Origin: Camelus dromedarius
Taxonomy: Eukaryota
DNA: 64,000 nt
NCBI RefSeq assembly: GCF_036321535.1
Contig: NC_087436.1
Coordinates: 60,266,001-60,330,000, forward strand
Reading direction: 5' to 3'
The first letter of the stretch is position 1, and each line of letters opens with the position of its first letter. Made by a program: the position numbers and the translations under genes. The notes below the pieces were generated by a model. That model worked only from the letters and a program-made list of their open reading frames with translations, searched no databases and was not told the origin of the DNA. This document shows, piece after piece, positions 1-13,380 of this stretch.

Positions 1-224
1 CATCTCTACCTTAACAAAACAAAACAATAACCAAAACTAAAATTGGAGGGGTAGTGGGAGGGATCATATACCCTGTTGCTTAAATAGAGGGCACATCTTA
101 TGAAAAATTTAAAAATATGGCCCTATTGTGTAAATAAGGGAAAGAAATACAGGCATAACATCCAAGAAGAGGCCATACACGTAGTGATTGAGATCACTGG
201 TTTTGCAGATTCTACAGAACTGGC

Positions 225-430
225 ATCAAATCCATGCTTCACGTTTAATCAGCAGAGCAACTTTGGATGAGACAGTTACCTCGCGAGTCCTCAGCTTCCA
301 CATACATAAAATGACAATAGTTACAGCCTGTACTGTCACTGGGTGTACAAAGGAATTAAATAAGAGGGCATGCGAGTGTTCAGCACAGTACCTAAACAAG
401 TAGTCAGTATATGGTATCTATTGTTATTAA
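225..430 (+). mobile_element. MIR SINE fragment
   Basis: Degenerate MIR core 'cctcagcttccacatacataaaatgacaatag...aattaaataagag...cagcacagtacct'. Confidence 0.7.
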
Positions 431-629
431 TACGCACTAAAGCTAAATTGCTAAATCAATAAATATATAAATTTCTCTAACTGTGCAACTAAATATGTAG
501 AACTTCAAATTACCCTTTCTAACATAAGTAAGTAGTGAAAAACGTGAATCACATTTTTTTTGGCATTTGCCAGAATACAGCTAGCTTTATTTTCTAAACA
601 TAACATCTGTTAAGAAGAAACATGTTTCC

Positions 630-1050
630 AACTACTCAATACATATTTATTGAACACCTAGGATTTGTCAATCACTATTCTAAGACCAGATTGGAGATAA
701 AACAGTGGACAAGGAAGGTAGGACTCTTGCTTTCCTGGAGTTTACTTTCTAGTCAGAAGAATGGGGTAGGGCAGGAAAGCAGAGAGATAAGAAATGAGTA
801 AATAAACACATAAGATGATTTCATGAAATGCTATGATGTCAAGAAAGCAAAATATTAGGGCATGATTGGGTGACTTTGGTTTGGGTGTGAGAGGAAAGGA
901 CTCTTTGAAAGTGTATTTAATTTGAGGTCTGAATGACAAGGAGGAGCCAGCTACAGCAAATTTACAGACTCTAAGGTGGAAACAAGTCTGCTATGTGCCT
1001 AAGTAAGAACAGGAACTAGGTCAATGTGTTTGGAGCTTACTGGTCTAGGG
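630..1050 (-). mobile_element. L2 LINE 3' fragment
   Basis: 'ctcaatacatatttattgaacacctag...ctcttgctttcctggagtttactttctagt' is the reverse complement of the L2 3' end. Confidence 0.7.
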
Positions 1051-4000
1051 GAAGAATAAACCTCAAACAATTTGTTTTATGCTTCCATGTGTTTTCCCTT
1101 TTCTGGTTCATTGACCACTTTCTATTTAAATGGCATATTTATTCTTGATGTTAGAACAAAAGCATTTCCTTTTAATCTAAGATATTTACAGCATCCCAGA
1201 ATACGCCCACCATGTACTCTGACATTATTAGGAAAATTAAAAATTCAACACAATTTATACATCAGAGGCAGGACAATTGTTCCTGGGTGTTTATAAAGGC
1301 TAGAAAATATTGTTCCATAGAGGCTTAAAGAGTTTATGTGAAAACTAATAATCCTCTATCTCAGTTGTAAGTTTCAGTGGGTCTATTTCCACCTGCAGTA
1401 ACAGAAGTAGGAAGTGGGGGAAATGAAGAACATAGAATTGTAGTATCCTCGCCCCACTGGCATGCAAATCATTCAGCACTGCACCGCTGTACTGAAGCCT
1501 TTACTGGCAGGGGTCCCTGAGCAAATCATTTCCATTACTAGTCTGTTCTAATAACCCCTTTGCTGATTCAGCTACCTGAATGTAAATATCATAGAAATGA
1601 CTAGGAAATAAAAGCCAATTTGAAACACTGAAAAGAGATCTAAAAGAAAATGGTTCCTGCATATGCCTTCATTTTCATAACTCTTTGTTTAAAAATCTGC
1701 TTATCATAGATAAAGTCTTTTGACTCTATCTGAAGCCAGTGGAAGAAAAATAATTTTTCACACATCACTATATGTTGCTTAAAGCTCCCTATCTTAAATT
1801 GACAGCTACTTCACCTATACTAACACAATACATATAGAAAAGCTTCTAATTCTTCATGTATGTGTATGTATTTACTCCAAGTGAAATTGCCACAACTATT
1901 AAAATAGCCACAGTGAATTCCATAGGATTACAGTTAAAGTTGTTCATTGTCTATTCAATAGAAGTCTTAGTGAGTTGTCTTGAGGTACATATGAGATCAT
2001 GCACTGTTTATTTGTTATACACAGTGTTTTTTTTTCTCTGTCTGAGCTTCTGTTCAGTCCTATATTCAGCCCTCCTCCCAACCCCCAATAGCCTTTTAAT
2101 ACTACTAGCTGTTGAATTTAAAGACTGGCCTCTAACGAAAAAATCCTTTGTGTGATCTGTATGATGACAATATTAAAGTAAAAAAGTGAATGAGTAATGT
2201 AGTTCTTGAAATTCATTCCAAGTAATATTAGTGATGTAGTTTGAATGTTACTACTTTCATATCTAAAATACAAGATTATCTTAGAACTATGATTATTACA
2301 AATTACTTTAAAGCTGCATAATTATATATGTTAAAGCTGATAGGAGTACGTTTAAAAGACTATAAATTGCAGAGACATAACCAGCTGCCTTCAGAAAGAG
2401 TTTGTAATTAACAAACCTTCATAGTGTTAAGTTAAAATTTCATCACAATTAAACTTAAGGTAGTAAAATACATTTTAAAATATAAAGGCTTAAAGAAAAG
2501 ATGTTCATGATGAAAACGTAGACTGAATTTGTGGCTATTACAATAAATAAGGAACACTGAATTATGCCAGAATAAATTGTATCACTGAGTGTACAAGTGG
2601 AATTTTAATTGGTTTCTATTGTTGTTGTTGTTGTTGTTATAATACATACATGACATCAATTCATCCTCTTCCAGTCTGGTATGAGTATGTGCACATTTTT
2701 AAAAAGCAGAAAGTTCCCTTTAAAATCAAGATTCCAGAAGTCTTTTTGCATTTGTGCTAATGATTCAGGTTGAACCTAAATAGGACCTGTTTAACCATCA
2801 GCAATATCTTGTTTGGTTTCTAAAAGGCATGAGTAGAAGCTGAGGTGGAGGTCACCCTGTGAAGACAGCTCAGTATGTGTGGGAGTGGGATGGTGGGGGG
2901 GGAGGATGGAGCAGGAGCTGATCATGTGCATTCGACTCACTTTTTGCCTTTAGCAGAAGATAACTGCAGCTATTTATAATGATGGCAATATTAATAGTTT
3001 CCATAAATACCTATTTTTGTACTTCTTTCTTTCTAAATATATATTTAAGTGCTTTTCTCTGTTTTATGTCACTTAGAATTGGCTTTATAGAATTTATAAT
3101 CTAGCACAAGCACTCCAAAGGAAAACAACAATTTCTTCTGGAGTTTTTGCCGCCTTTTTCCACACAGTGGCTGCAAGGATGTTAGTAGAGATAAAAATTG
3201 AGAAATAATAGGCAGAGTATATGTTTTAGTTAAAACAGGTTGCTTGATTGAGAAAAAGAGCTAGCATATGCTATTCCATTAAGCCATCACAGCCAGGTGT
3301 GAGAGCTATTAAAGAGGTTACGAAATCTGTGGAAGCAAGACTCAAATTCAGAAGATGTAGCTTCCTGCTAAGCTTGAATGGGGCTCAAGTGAGGTTAAAG
3401 TTTGGTAAGTTAAAGAGAGGTGAAAAGGAAAACATCTGACATGAAACTGAATTTGGTTCATAGTATTGTCAATTGATAATGTTTATCATTTAATCATGCT
3501 GTAGTAAAGTTGCATAAAAATGCGAAGGGCAGAAATTTCACTAGGCTGATGATTAAGTAATATGACAGTTAGCAACCAAGTGTTTATTTTGAAGAACTTA
3601 TTAACCCTAGACCAAGAATACAGTGTTTCTAGTTGGTTTTTTTTCCCTACTTCAATAAATGTTAATAATAAACATAACATGAAGTTCTTTTGATCCTTTA
3701 GTGTTTTACTTTATCAAAGATGTATGCATGTCATAAAAATTAAGTAGGGAAGTAATCTAAGTATACATATTTTTTAAAAAGACTAAAGGAGACCTGCCTT
3801 TCCATTCGATGGCATAGTCTTCCTTTAAATTGGAGAAGGATAAACTTAAAGGTAACCTCTTTTTCACTGGTCTGAACATCAGGAAACAAGGGCTTTGTCA
3901 GAAAGAATGGTAATTGTAGTGCCTCAGTCAATCCTGAAAACTGCTCTTCTATTAGCATTCTAGCTAATTTCAGCGGTCAGAATAGAGTATGGGAAAAGTG

Positions 4001-6389
4001 ACCTTGAATACTGTATCTGGCCATGCTTATTTGGAATATTTGCCAAACTCAACAAATTTTGCAAAACTGTATGGCTCTGCACACTGAATGAAAAAAGCAG
4101 ATAAAAGTGCTTTTCAGATCTCAATCATCTCTCTTATCTCTCTGCCAGCCCCTCTCTCACTGCCAGGCCCATCCACTCTCATATTATCTTTTCTCCTTCT
4201 CTTGGTCTCCTGGGCTCTTTCTCTCTCTCTTAATCACAAACAAGACATCTAGTTTTATAAGGTCCTGTAAAACATTACGGTTTCCCCCACTTTGTTACTT
4301 TTAACTTCCTTTTTATTTCCTCTCAATTTTTCCTAAATGGTGTATAAATATAAATACTGAAAAAGAACAAAACTATAAGGGAACAGGAGCTACCCTAAAT
4401 ATAAATAAATAAATAACTACAACATTCACCTGAGCTGGGCACACTACAAATTAGGGATCCTGGTCAAAGGAGCAGGAGAGTTTGCAGCTAGTTATTTTCT
4501 AGAGGTCTTCTAACCCAGCAGTCCCTAGAAGGCATAACTCCTCTCCCACTACTGTGCACTGATGGGTTTCATGCTGGAAAGTCACAGGTTCGCCTTGGTG
4601 TTAGTCCCACTCTTCCTGGTCCTCTACTGGCCCAACATTACGCCCTAATCAAACCTCCCTTCTAATGAGAATGCTGAAAAATCACTTCTGGATAAAAATG
4701 TAACCAAGATTTGTGAAGGATCATATCTATTCACAAAAGCTACTCTCCAAGTCTCTCTTCAGATGAATACTGGAAATCAGAGAATCTACAGTAGTCTTCT
4801 TAAATCCTACTAAGAAATCAAAGACCCTTAGGAAAACGCTGGGAGTTTTGAGCGAATATAATTCCCTTGCTGGCACTATAGGAATTAGAAAACCTCCAGA
4901 AACTTAGAGGAGTTTATCTGCTATCCTAGATATTAAATGAACTAATACTTCCAGTATGGTTAAGTAGGGTTCCAGTACAAGGCAGTCAGGAAGATTTGAT
5001 GCATTTTAGTGAATGAATGGATAAAAATGAGTGAATGAATGAGAAAAATGCGTAATTTGAGGAGCTGAATAAATGAAATTCATAAAATGTTCAGGTTTTT
5101 CTTTAGTGAGAAATGGTGTTTCATCTCGTTCCCATCTGGCTTCTTTATGATCTGACATGCACATGGCCTTTGTGGTGAATGGATAGAAAGCCACTGTTTT
5201 CCTCAATTGTGGCAACAGTCTCTTGCCAGAACTGAGGCACCAATGTGCAGATTAAAGGTATAATTCCCAAAATTTGCCCTCCAGTCACCAGAATTACACC
5301 ACCAGATAGTGGAAGGTCACCTTTCCCACTTCAGGTTCCATAATGGAATGGCACCATCAGCCTGTTCCTCTGCTGGGATTCCAGTCTGAGGTGGCTCCAG
5401 GCTCCAGTCAGCCCTTACTTCCCAGGTCTCTCTTTTTGTAAAAAAAAAGGGACATATTATATCAAAAATAACAATCAATATTGGAGATTTTCAGGGGTAA
5501 CATTCATGAAAGAATTTGAAATAAAAGATCCATTTCTATTTTTTACGATTTTTTAAATCAACAATGATTACAATGATATTTATTCTTTTCCTCAAAATTT
5601 CAGTCCATGAATGTAGCTTTTAGAACTATTGAAAAGGTAAAATTAAATGAATCAAGGTACTTAGTGAACATATATGGAATCATATTTGTGAAAACCTAAA
5701 TTTGGAGATATTAAATAATATGAATTTTTTCATTATACACATGTTTTTAATTTCAGCTTAATTGGCTATTGTTTGGGAAGAAAACATTGCTCATGCCAGA
5801 TCTTTCCAGTTTTCTACATAACATATTGATTTATGGTTCATTTGGAGTTCATAATGGGAAGGTCATTACATTAATTATACCTTCCTCACATCCTTTCCAA
5901 GTGAAATTAATTTTTCCTTCCACTACAGATTATATTAAATCAATAAGATTATTGTTTTATTTGTATATTAAGTTTCTGAATTTAGCATGAATTATTTATA
6001 CAGTATATACGACTATGAAGCACTTGCTTTTACATAAAACAATTTTATCCTCATTCATTTGTTCAGCAGTTTAGGCAAACATTAAATTCAGGAAAACTTA
6101 GGAAAATTATCCCATTTTAAACTTTAAGCAGGGTCAGGTCTAAATTAAACCAGAGACCTTTCCACAATCAGGGGTGTAGTGTGATAATCCCTGAGACTTC
6201 AGTCTGAGGCTAACTCACTCTCCCCCTTCCAGACCCATAAAGCCTTTGTTTTATCATCAAAAATTTCCCAATTTAGAAACTGAGGTCAATAAAAAGCAAA
6301 GTAAATACATTCATCACATATATTTTTAATGTATCCATTTCTCAGTTTTTCTTCCTGTTCCATATACAGACTTAAATAATTCTTACATA

Positions 6390-6610
6390 ATAACAAAAAT
6401 AGCTAATATTTACTGAATGCTTACTGTTTGACAAACATGATGGCTACTAACTTATATGCATTGTTTTATTTTATTCAGAACATAGACTTATGAAGTACAA
6501 ATGATGTTATTGCCATTTTATAGCTGAGAAAACAATTCAAATAACTTGCTGAAGGCTCACAGCTAGTAAATGGAACTAAATACAGATTGGTTTGATTCCA
6601 AATCACTACA
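6390..6610 (-). mobile_element. MIR SINE fragment
   Basis: 'atagctaatatttactgaatgcttactgt...gccattttatagctgagaaaac...ataacttgctgaaggctcacagctagtaaatgg' matches antisense MIR. Confidence 0.75.
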
Positions 6611-8424
6611 CTATGTTTCCTGTTTGTGAAAAGCATTATATTTTCTATTTTTTTTTTTAATTCAGGGCTTTATTTTTTAGAATCAATTTAACTCATAATG
6701 AAGGTATGCATATAAAGGAAAATTTGTTGATAATGAAAATGAACATCTTTTGTTTTTACCTATAACTAGTGTAGATATTTGAAATCTGAGATAAATTTGA
6801 AAGGAGCTGACTCATCTAAGCATCATTTATCCTAAATCACATATACAAACATAAATGCATGTGTAGTTCATAATGTAATTAAGAAAATTTGCACAGTGAT
6901 AAAATGATAACTTTTAGGAAAACAACATACTCCAGTGAGAATAGTTTTACCATTTCCAAGCATTTGAGATGAAAAGCATTTTCCTCCCTACCTCGTGATA
7001 ATGGAATCCCAGCACTGAGTTGTCACGGAAGAAAGTCAAGATCAACATATTGACCAGAGATGGAACAATTCAACAAGAGGTAGGAGTGGGCTATGAGAAA
7101 GTTGCTCCTTTCAGGAAGTAAGGCTTTGTGACTTTGGGAGTTAGCCTTTCTCTGCCATTATTCTAGGAGTGGTTAGCATAGGGTCAGAATCGGGGACAAA
7201 GGAAGGGTGTTTTACAATCCTCTTGCATGCTTAACTTCCTGTCTCAAATCCCCTGTCACTTCCATATTGTTGAAACATGAATGTTTTTTGAATAATCTGT
7301 TCATGCTCCAGAATTAATAATTTCCTTAAATTAATTCTCTCAGCCCCACTTACAAGAGTATCATTATCAGGTTGTAAAAAATCTAAATCAAAGAAGAACC
7401 TACATAGAAATTGTAAATAATGCAAAGGGATAGTTTTCTATAAAAGTCACTTGTAATAAATGAGGTTTGAAGCTAAAATGCAAGAGGAAAAATCATTGGG
7501 GTGTGTATACATGGTATTTGCATGTGTTGACTTTGGGCTTTCTTTAAACTATAGTTTCAAAAGCTATTCTTTACATTTTCAAATACGGCTTTCACAATGT
7601 TTGGTATTTGCAGATATCTTTCTCATATTAAAAGAAAATGATGCATTGAAAAAAATGCATAAGACCTTAATGTATCATATATAATACCCAAGTTTTCATT
7701 TTCTCCTTCAATTTTTTAAAATTAAATTGCGGGTGTTAGGTTTTAAGTGCAAGCTAAAAATAATTTTCATTATATGTTTAATATTTAAAGGAGCAGTTTG
7801 TGGTTAAAAAACCATATTGGTGTGATGAATTATAATGTCTTATCTTTGTCTTAGGAAGATCCTCTAATTAATTAATTAGGGTGAAATCATTTCTTTGAAA
7901 ATCAAGTTTTTCAAAGAAACTTTTTTTAAGACTTTAAAAAAATTATGTTTAGTTTAGTATAGCCTATAAAGTACTGACATAATTTGATAGGTTTGAGATA
8001 TTTTTGTTCTTAGTAAAAAAATCTCCAAAGAAATTGATTTAAAGTTTTCTACTTTCTTAGATCTTGCAAACCAATATTATCAAAAAGAATATTTTAAAAA
8101 TATTTTAGAGAAAAATATTTGTTGTAGACTCTCATCCCAAATCAGTGAGTTCTTATTTTATCCCTCTTGATAAATTACTTCTAAGCACATAAGTTGAATC
8201 AACCCTGAAAACAAGACTGAGCTACAGTGTCTAGAGGCTTGCCAAGATTCACTCAATATAAGACATTATCCGTATTTTTGTAATCTCTTGGCTTGATCAG
8301 TCATTTTTAACCTATTTTCTTTTTCTCCCTTCCCTCTGAATACAAGTTACTTTCAATATTTAGAGGTCAGTGGTTGATTTCTTCAACATTTTTATCAAAA
8401 GTGTTCCACTCAAGTAATAGAAAG

Positions 8425-9061
8425 TAAAACTGAGCAGGACCCTGTGGGGCCCTCCCGGGTACAAAAAGCCCTTCTGTGTCCCCTGTCTCTTGTTTGTAGA
8501 AAAAGGCTTTAGTCTTCTAGACCTTCCTGAGTTCCAAAGAGCCAACTCACGCAGTTATTAGTTATAGAAGCAATGGAATACAGAAACAAAGGAAAAGCAA
8601 CTAAGCAAGTTAGTTTGAACAACATTCAGTGATTAAACAGACTCCTAGTTCTTCCTCAAGGAATATATATGACAATCTGATGCATAGCTTTGAGTTGTTC
8701 CTCAGAAACTCAGACCCATACCCAAGTGGAGGATGATGACAACATGCTGACTACAAGTATGTAGACCCCAGACTGGTTGAAATAGAGGTTGATGGTTAAG
8801 ATTCCAGAAGCATCACCCTGTTACCTCACCACCAACCAATCAGAAGAAACTCCATGAGCTGCAACCCCCACCTCAAATGTTTCCTTTAAAAATTCTAACT
8901 TGAAAGCCATCAGGGAGTTCAGGTCTTTAGAGCAAGAGCTGCAAGTCTCCTTGCTTGGTGCTCTGTAAATAAATTCTGTACTTTCCTTCACCAAAACCCA
9001 GTGTCAGTAGATTAGCTTTGCTGTGTGGTGGGCAAGTGGACCCAAGTTTGGTTCAGTGACA
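8425..9061 (+). mobile_element. Solo LTR, ERV1-type (cetartiodactyl-style LTR)
   Basis: Begins 'taaaactgagcaggaccctgtggggc' and ends 'ggttcagtgaca'. TATA-like TTTAAAA at ~8885 and AATAAA at ~8968. No internal coding sequence. Confidence 0.75.
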
Positions 9062-11059
9062 TAGGTATATTAATTTGTTTGAAAAGAATGTTGCAGGAAG
9101 TAAGGTCAAATGCTTTACTTCAAAATTTCAAACATCTGGGCAAGTAAATGACAATGGAATATTAAGATTGTTAGTGTTTAGAGTGCAGATTAACAAAAGT
9201 CTTACAAAAATGCCCATGCATTTATAGGACATATCCAATAATTTAATTTGAGGAATATAAACATTTTTTAAAAGTGTATGGTCATTGGAATATGAAAATG
9301 ATTGTAAATCTTATCAAATGATTCAGTGGAAAACAGGTTTCTTGTATTGTACCCCATTGATTATAAAGAAAAGCCTAAATGTACCTAAATTTAAAAGACC
9401 TTGTGAATTCAGATGTAGTATTTAAATAGTCAACTACATAAGTTTTCATTGCAGCAAATCTTAACATTGGCTTCTTTGTGATGATTTAGGTGGGACAGGA
9501 AATCAGAGTGTGAGAGGACATCTAATTTGCATATACCACTCAGAATCCTGATTCACCAGGACAGGTGGCCAGAATGATATTTGCATGAAGACCTAGCAGA
9601 CCTGCTAAGAAAACCATGAGCCTAACTCTTAGATGACTCTAGGACAGTGGTTTCTCAATTACAACAATGTTGCTCCCAGGAAATATTTGGCACCAATATT
9701 CCAAACTATCCAGATTACTTTGATCATAGGTACTTTAATTTAGATAAGATCTACTCTCAGTTTTATATCATCTATACTTTAATAATATTTTCATGCGTCT
9801 ATGTGTTATCGAGCAGTTGGTGTGTTTGGCAGATACTTTGAAGTAAGTTCGTTTGATATTATTCATCTAAGAGTAAAAGAGCCAAATAAAGCCAAATTCA
9901 AAATTTTGTGGCACAGAACTAAGACTGGCCCTCCAAGTTGATGTTATCTGATTAATACAGTTGGATACAATTTCCAAACCAGATTCACATGGGGAAATGA
10001 ATCTAGCACTGTGCTGAAATCAAACTCATTATGTCTATGACACTTTTCTCATAGGTAGAGACACCAAAAAAAAGCCTGTTAGTCCTGTGCTTTCTCTTTT
10101 TGGTGAACCAATTTCTACTTCTATTAATGATTATTACTGAAAATGTCATTTCTTTTCCCCCAATACACTGCATGATTTACTAGTCTCTCACAGATTTTCA
10201 CGAGTGATATAAGAATCAGCTTCTCATCATTAGAGAACAGCAAACAGTCATTATAAAGACAAATTTGGATGATTTCCAGAAATGAATTGATGGTTGGACA
10301 TTCACAGACCTTTATGGAAACTTTCCATTTTTACGGATGATACTAATGACATGAGGCAAGAGGAAAAAACAAAATTGAATATACAATAAATAAATCTTTT
10401 TAAGTTGTTTATATATTTGAAACACTTAAAATCCTGGATATCTAAAAGAAAACTCAATTCTCTCAAGTCTCTGAAAACTATTTCCTAGGTGTACAGTATT
10501 AGGATGTGAGGACCAGAGTTTTAAGGGAGTGAAGTCTACTCAGAATAGTACTTAGCAATGTTTCCTGATTACCTAGGTTAAAACACATGTTCTTTTTGTC
10601 TATATACTTACTCTGTGCTTCAATAATGCCCTGGATGTATCTCTGGCATTGTGCTTCTAAATTGTATTACTACATATACCTTTTAATATTTCTGTTTTGC
10701 TCATGTGACTGAGAATTTTGAAAAAACGTTGTTATTCTTCTTTAGACCTCTCGTGACTATCTTTATGCCTGGCATACATTTGATGCACATAAATTTTTAT
10801 TGAAAGATAAATGAGTGAACATTTTTCATAAAGTTGGAAGCAACTTGTTTGTTTGTTATAGAATAGAAGTTTCATGCTTAGGGAAAGAAACCAAAGTGTG
10901 AAACAACTTTAATGGTGCTGGGCAATCCATTAAAAATGACTCAAAGGGGTGATCATGTAGCAGCATGATTACATCCTTCTGTGCATTATTTTCTTTTAAT
11001 TTTATGTGTGTAAACATTACCTTCTAAAAATATATTATTAATTATCAAATTAATCTCCT

Positions 11060-11870
11060 TATTGTTTTCCCTGCTCTGTCTCTGGCAGTTTATTTACAAC
11101 AAAGTATACAATGTATTCATATTATAATGTAGGTCAAGCGGGGAGGGTACAGCTCAGTGGTAGAGTGCAAGCTAAGCATGCACAAGGTCCTGGGTTCGGC
11201 CCCCAGTGCCTCCATTAAAAAATAATTATAATAAATAAAAAACTAATTACCTCTCCCCCCCAAAAAAACCCCAAAATAAATAAATAAAACTAAAAATAAA
11301 TACATAAAATAAAATGTAGATCAAGTAATATCACTCCTCTGCTCAAAAGCCTTCCATGGCTCCCTAATGAAGAACCAGGTCTGCCGTATCTTGCCCCCTT
11401 CTCACTTCTCTGACCTCATCCACCTTGTGTCTCCTATTCTCTAAGCTCCCTCGGCTTCATCATGCTGATGCCACGCAGGCACAGTCCTGCTCGTGGCATT
11501 TGTCCTTCTGTCTGGGAGACCCCTCTTCTGGGAAATCATATGTCTTGCATCCTCACCTTCAGGTCTTTGTTAAATGCCACTTTGCCAGTGAGGATTTTCT
11601 TGTACCCTGTTTGAATCTTGAATTGCCACCATCCCCTGAGACCCTCCCCACTACACAGGCACAAAGTCCTGTTTCCTTACCCTCTTGCCTCTTTTTCTTA
11701 CCGTTTATCATAACATGCTATATATTTTACTTATCTTTCTTATTGTTGTCTCATCACAAGGGAAGCCACCTCAGGGTTTCTTTTTTTCACTGTTATGAAT
11801 CCTAGGCCAAGCACAGTGTCTAGAATTCGATAGACATTAAAAAAAAATTATTGAATTGATGAAAAAATGA
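11060..11870 (+). mobile_element. L2 LINE 3' fragment (interrupted by a SINE)
   Basis: 'tcactcctctgctcaaaagccttccatggctccc...gcacagtgtctag...ttattgaattgatgaa' is a sense L2 3' end. Confidence 0.7.
11139..11312 (+). mobile_element. tRNA-derived SINE, camelid Vic-1-like
   Basis: Head 'ggggagggtacagctcagtggtagagtgc...cctgggttcggccccc' carries Pol III A/B boxes. Body 'ctaattacctctccccc', then an A-rich tail. 13-bp TSD AATGTAGGTCAAG (11126-11138) / AATGTAGATCAAG (11313-11325). Confidence 0.9.
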
Positions 11871-13283
11871 ATACTTGATAGCAGATACACTTTAGTTATA
11901 TGTATTGTGTTTTTGATGATATTTTTATTTCTATATTTAAACATACCTTCAAAAATGGCATACGTATTTGATACATAAAGGAAATTTCTTTTGAAATTTA
12001 AATATTAAAACTAAAATTTCCAAGAGACTACCTTTTGCAAGGCAAATAGGAATAAAATATTCAACATTGATGGAGGAATATAACTTTTACTATACCCTGG
12101 ACTGCTAACTGGTCTTTGGAAAGAAATACGTTTCTTTTTAATAGTGTTAAACCTAAAAAGTAGCTCTGTGTAAGAGATGGACGTGTCCTTTACGAAACAG
12201 ATTTTCAGTATAGACCATCAGAGAATCAAGACCGTTAATAGTGAAATATCTATCTTTAAAATAACTTCATAGAGTATAATATGCACCAAGAGCTTTACAA
12301 AAAGAGCACCAGTATTGTCAATCTTTGTTTTTAACTGACAATGTATCATGCTAAACACTAAAATGTGAGTCAATGTCAAGGCAATGATGAATGCCTCTGT
12401 ACATTTAATCTGTTTCCCAGGACAATAAATGATTTTCCAGCTTATCATAGGTTTCACGTGTGCCATGAGAATCAGCTGTGACCACCACATCATTAGAAAA
12501 AGGGCCACAAACTGGCAGTAGACAAACCAATCAGGATAACTTCCAAAGACTCAGGAAAGGAAGACTTAAGTCCTCCTGGCCCAACCATCCCTCTGGCCAA
12601 AGGATAAAAAAAATATTGTAACTGAGCAAAGCATGATGGACTTCCTAAAATAGTCCAAAGATTTTGTTTTGAAAATGAATGGGTAAGGGAAAATGTGTAG
12701 GAAGTAAGGGTTTTAGTCAAGCTAGCCATCTGTTTTCAGGCCTTTATGCTTTTATGAAGTTTTTTATACCTTTTTGATAATGAAAACAAGATGTGCATTC
12801 CTTACAAATACCTAATCTTACCCTGTGACCTCAGCCTCATCTACAATCAAACCCTCTACCCTCAGCCAAATTAAATGCAAACTCTTTCAGAACAAATATG
12901 CCTTTGAGTCAGGAAGACCTTTAACATTACTGTGTGCAGTTATTTGATGCCTGCACAGCTGAATATTAGTCATCAGTGCAGTAGGTTAACCCTTGTCCTG
13001 CTCCTTCAGATAAGGACAATGTTGAAGTAATTGGATCCAACACTTTGATAAACCCCTTAGTTTAGCTCAAACCCCCTAGGTAGTCAGAATATTGCTTGGA
13101 TCACATAGAAAGCTGATATTGGTGCTATTTTCCAGGCCCAGAGAGAACACAGATCAGGAAAATGGAACAATATGTGTGGGTGTTTTACTTAATTGCACTA
13201 AAGTCTTTTTAGTGTGGTATATGATCATGACTTTTATATTTTTCTGGGTAATAATATTTACTAGTACTAATGCTTAAAACACA

Positions 13284-13380
13284 GGAAAGAAAGAAAAGAA
13301 AGAAAAGAAAGGAAAGGAAGGAAGGAAGGAAGGAAGGAAGGAAGGAAGGAAGGAAGGAAGGAAGGAAGGAAGGAAGGAAG
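13284..13380 (+). repeat. Polypurine microsatellite (GAAA)n/(GGAA)16
   Basis: Directly visible: 16 perfect GGAA units at 13316-13379. Confidence 0.97.

Noticed and set aside
1462..2979. Isolated octamer (ATGCAAAT, 1462-1469) and MEF2-like (CTATTTATAA, 2970-2979) motifs
   Set aside because: Single short motifs are expected by chance in 64 kb of AT-rich DNA, and no conservation data are available.
11140..11215. tRNA-like sequence (also 33110-33184)
   Set aside because: It is the head of a SINE with body, A-tail and TSD, not a tRNA gene.
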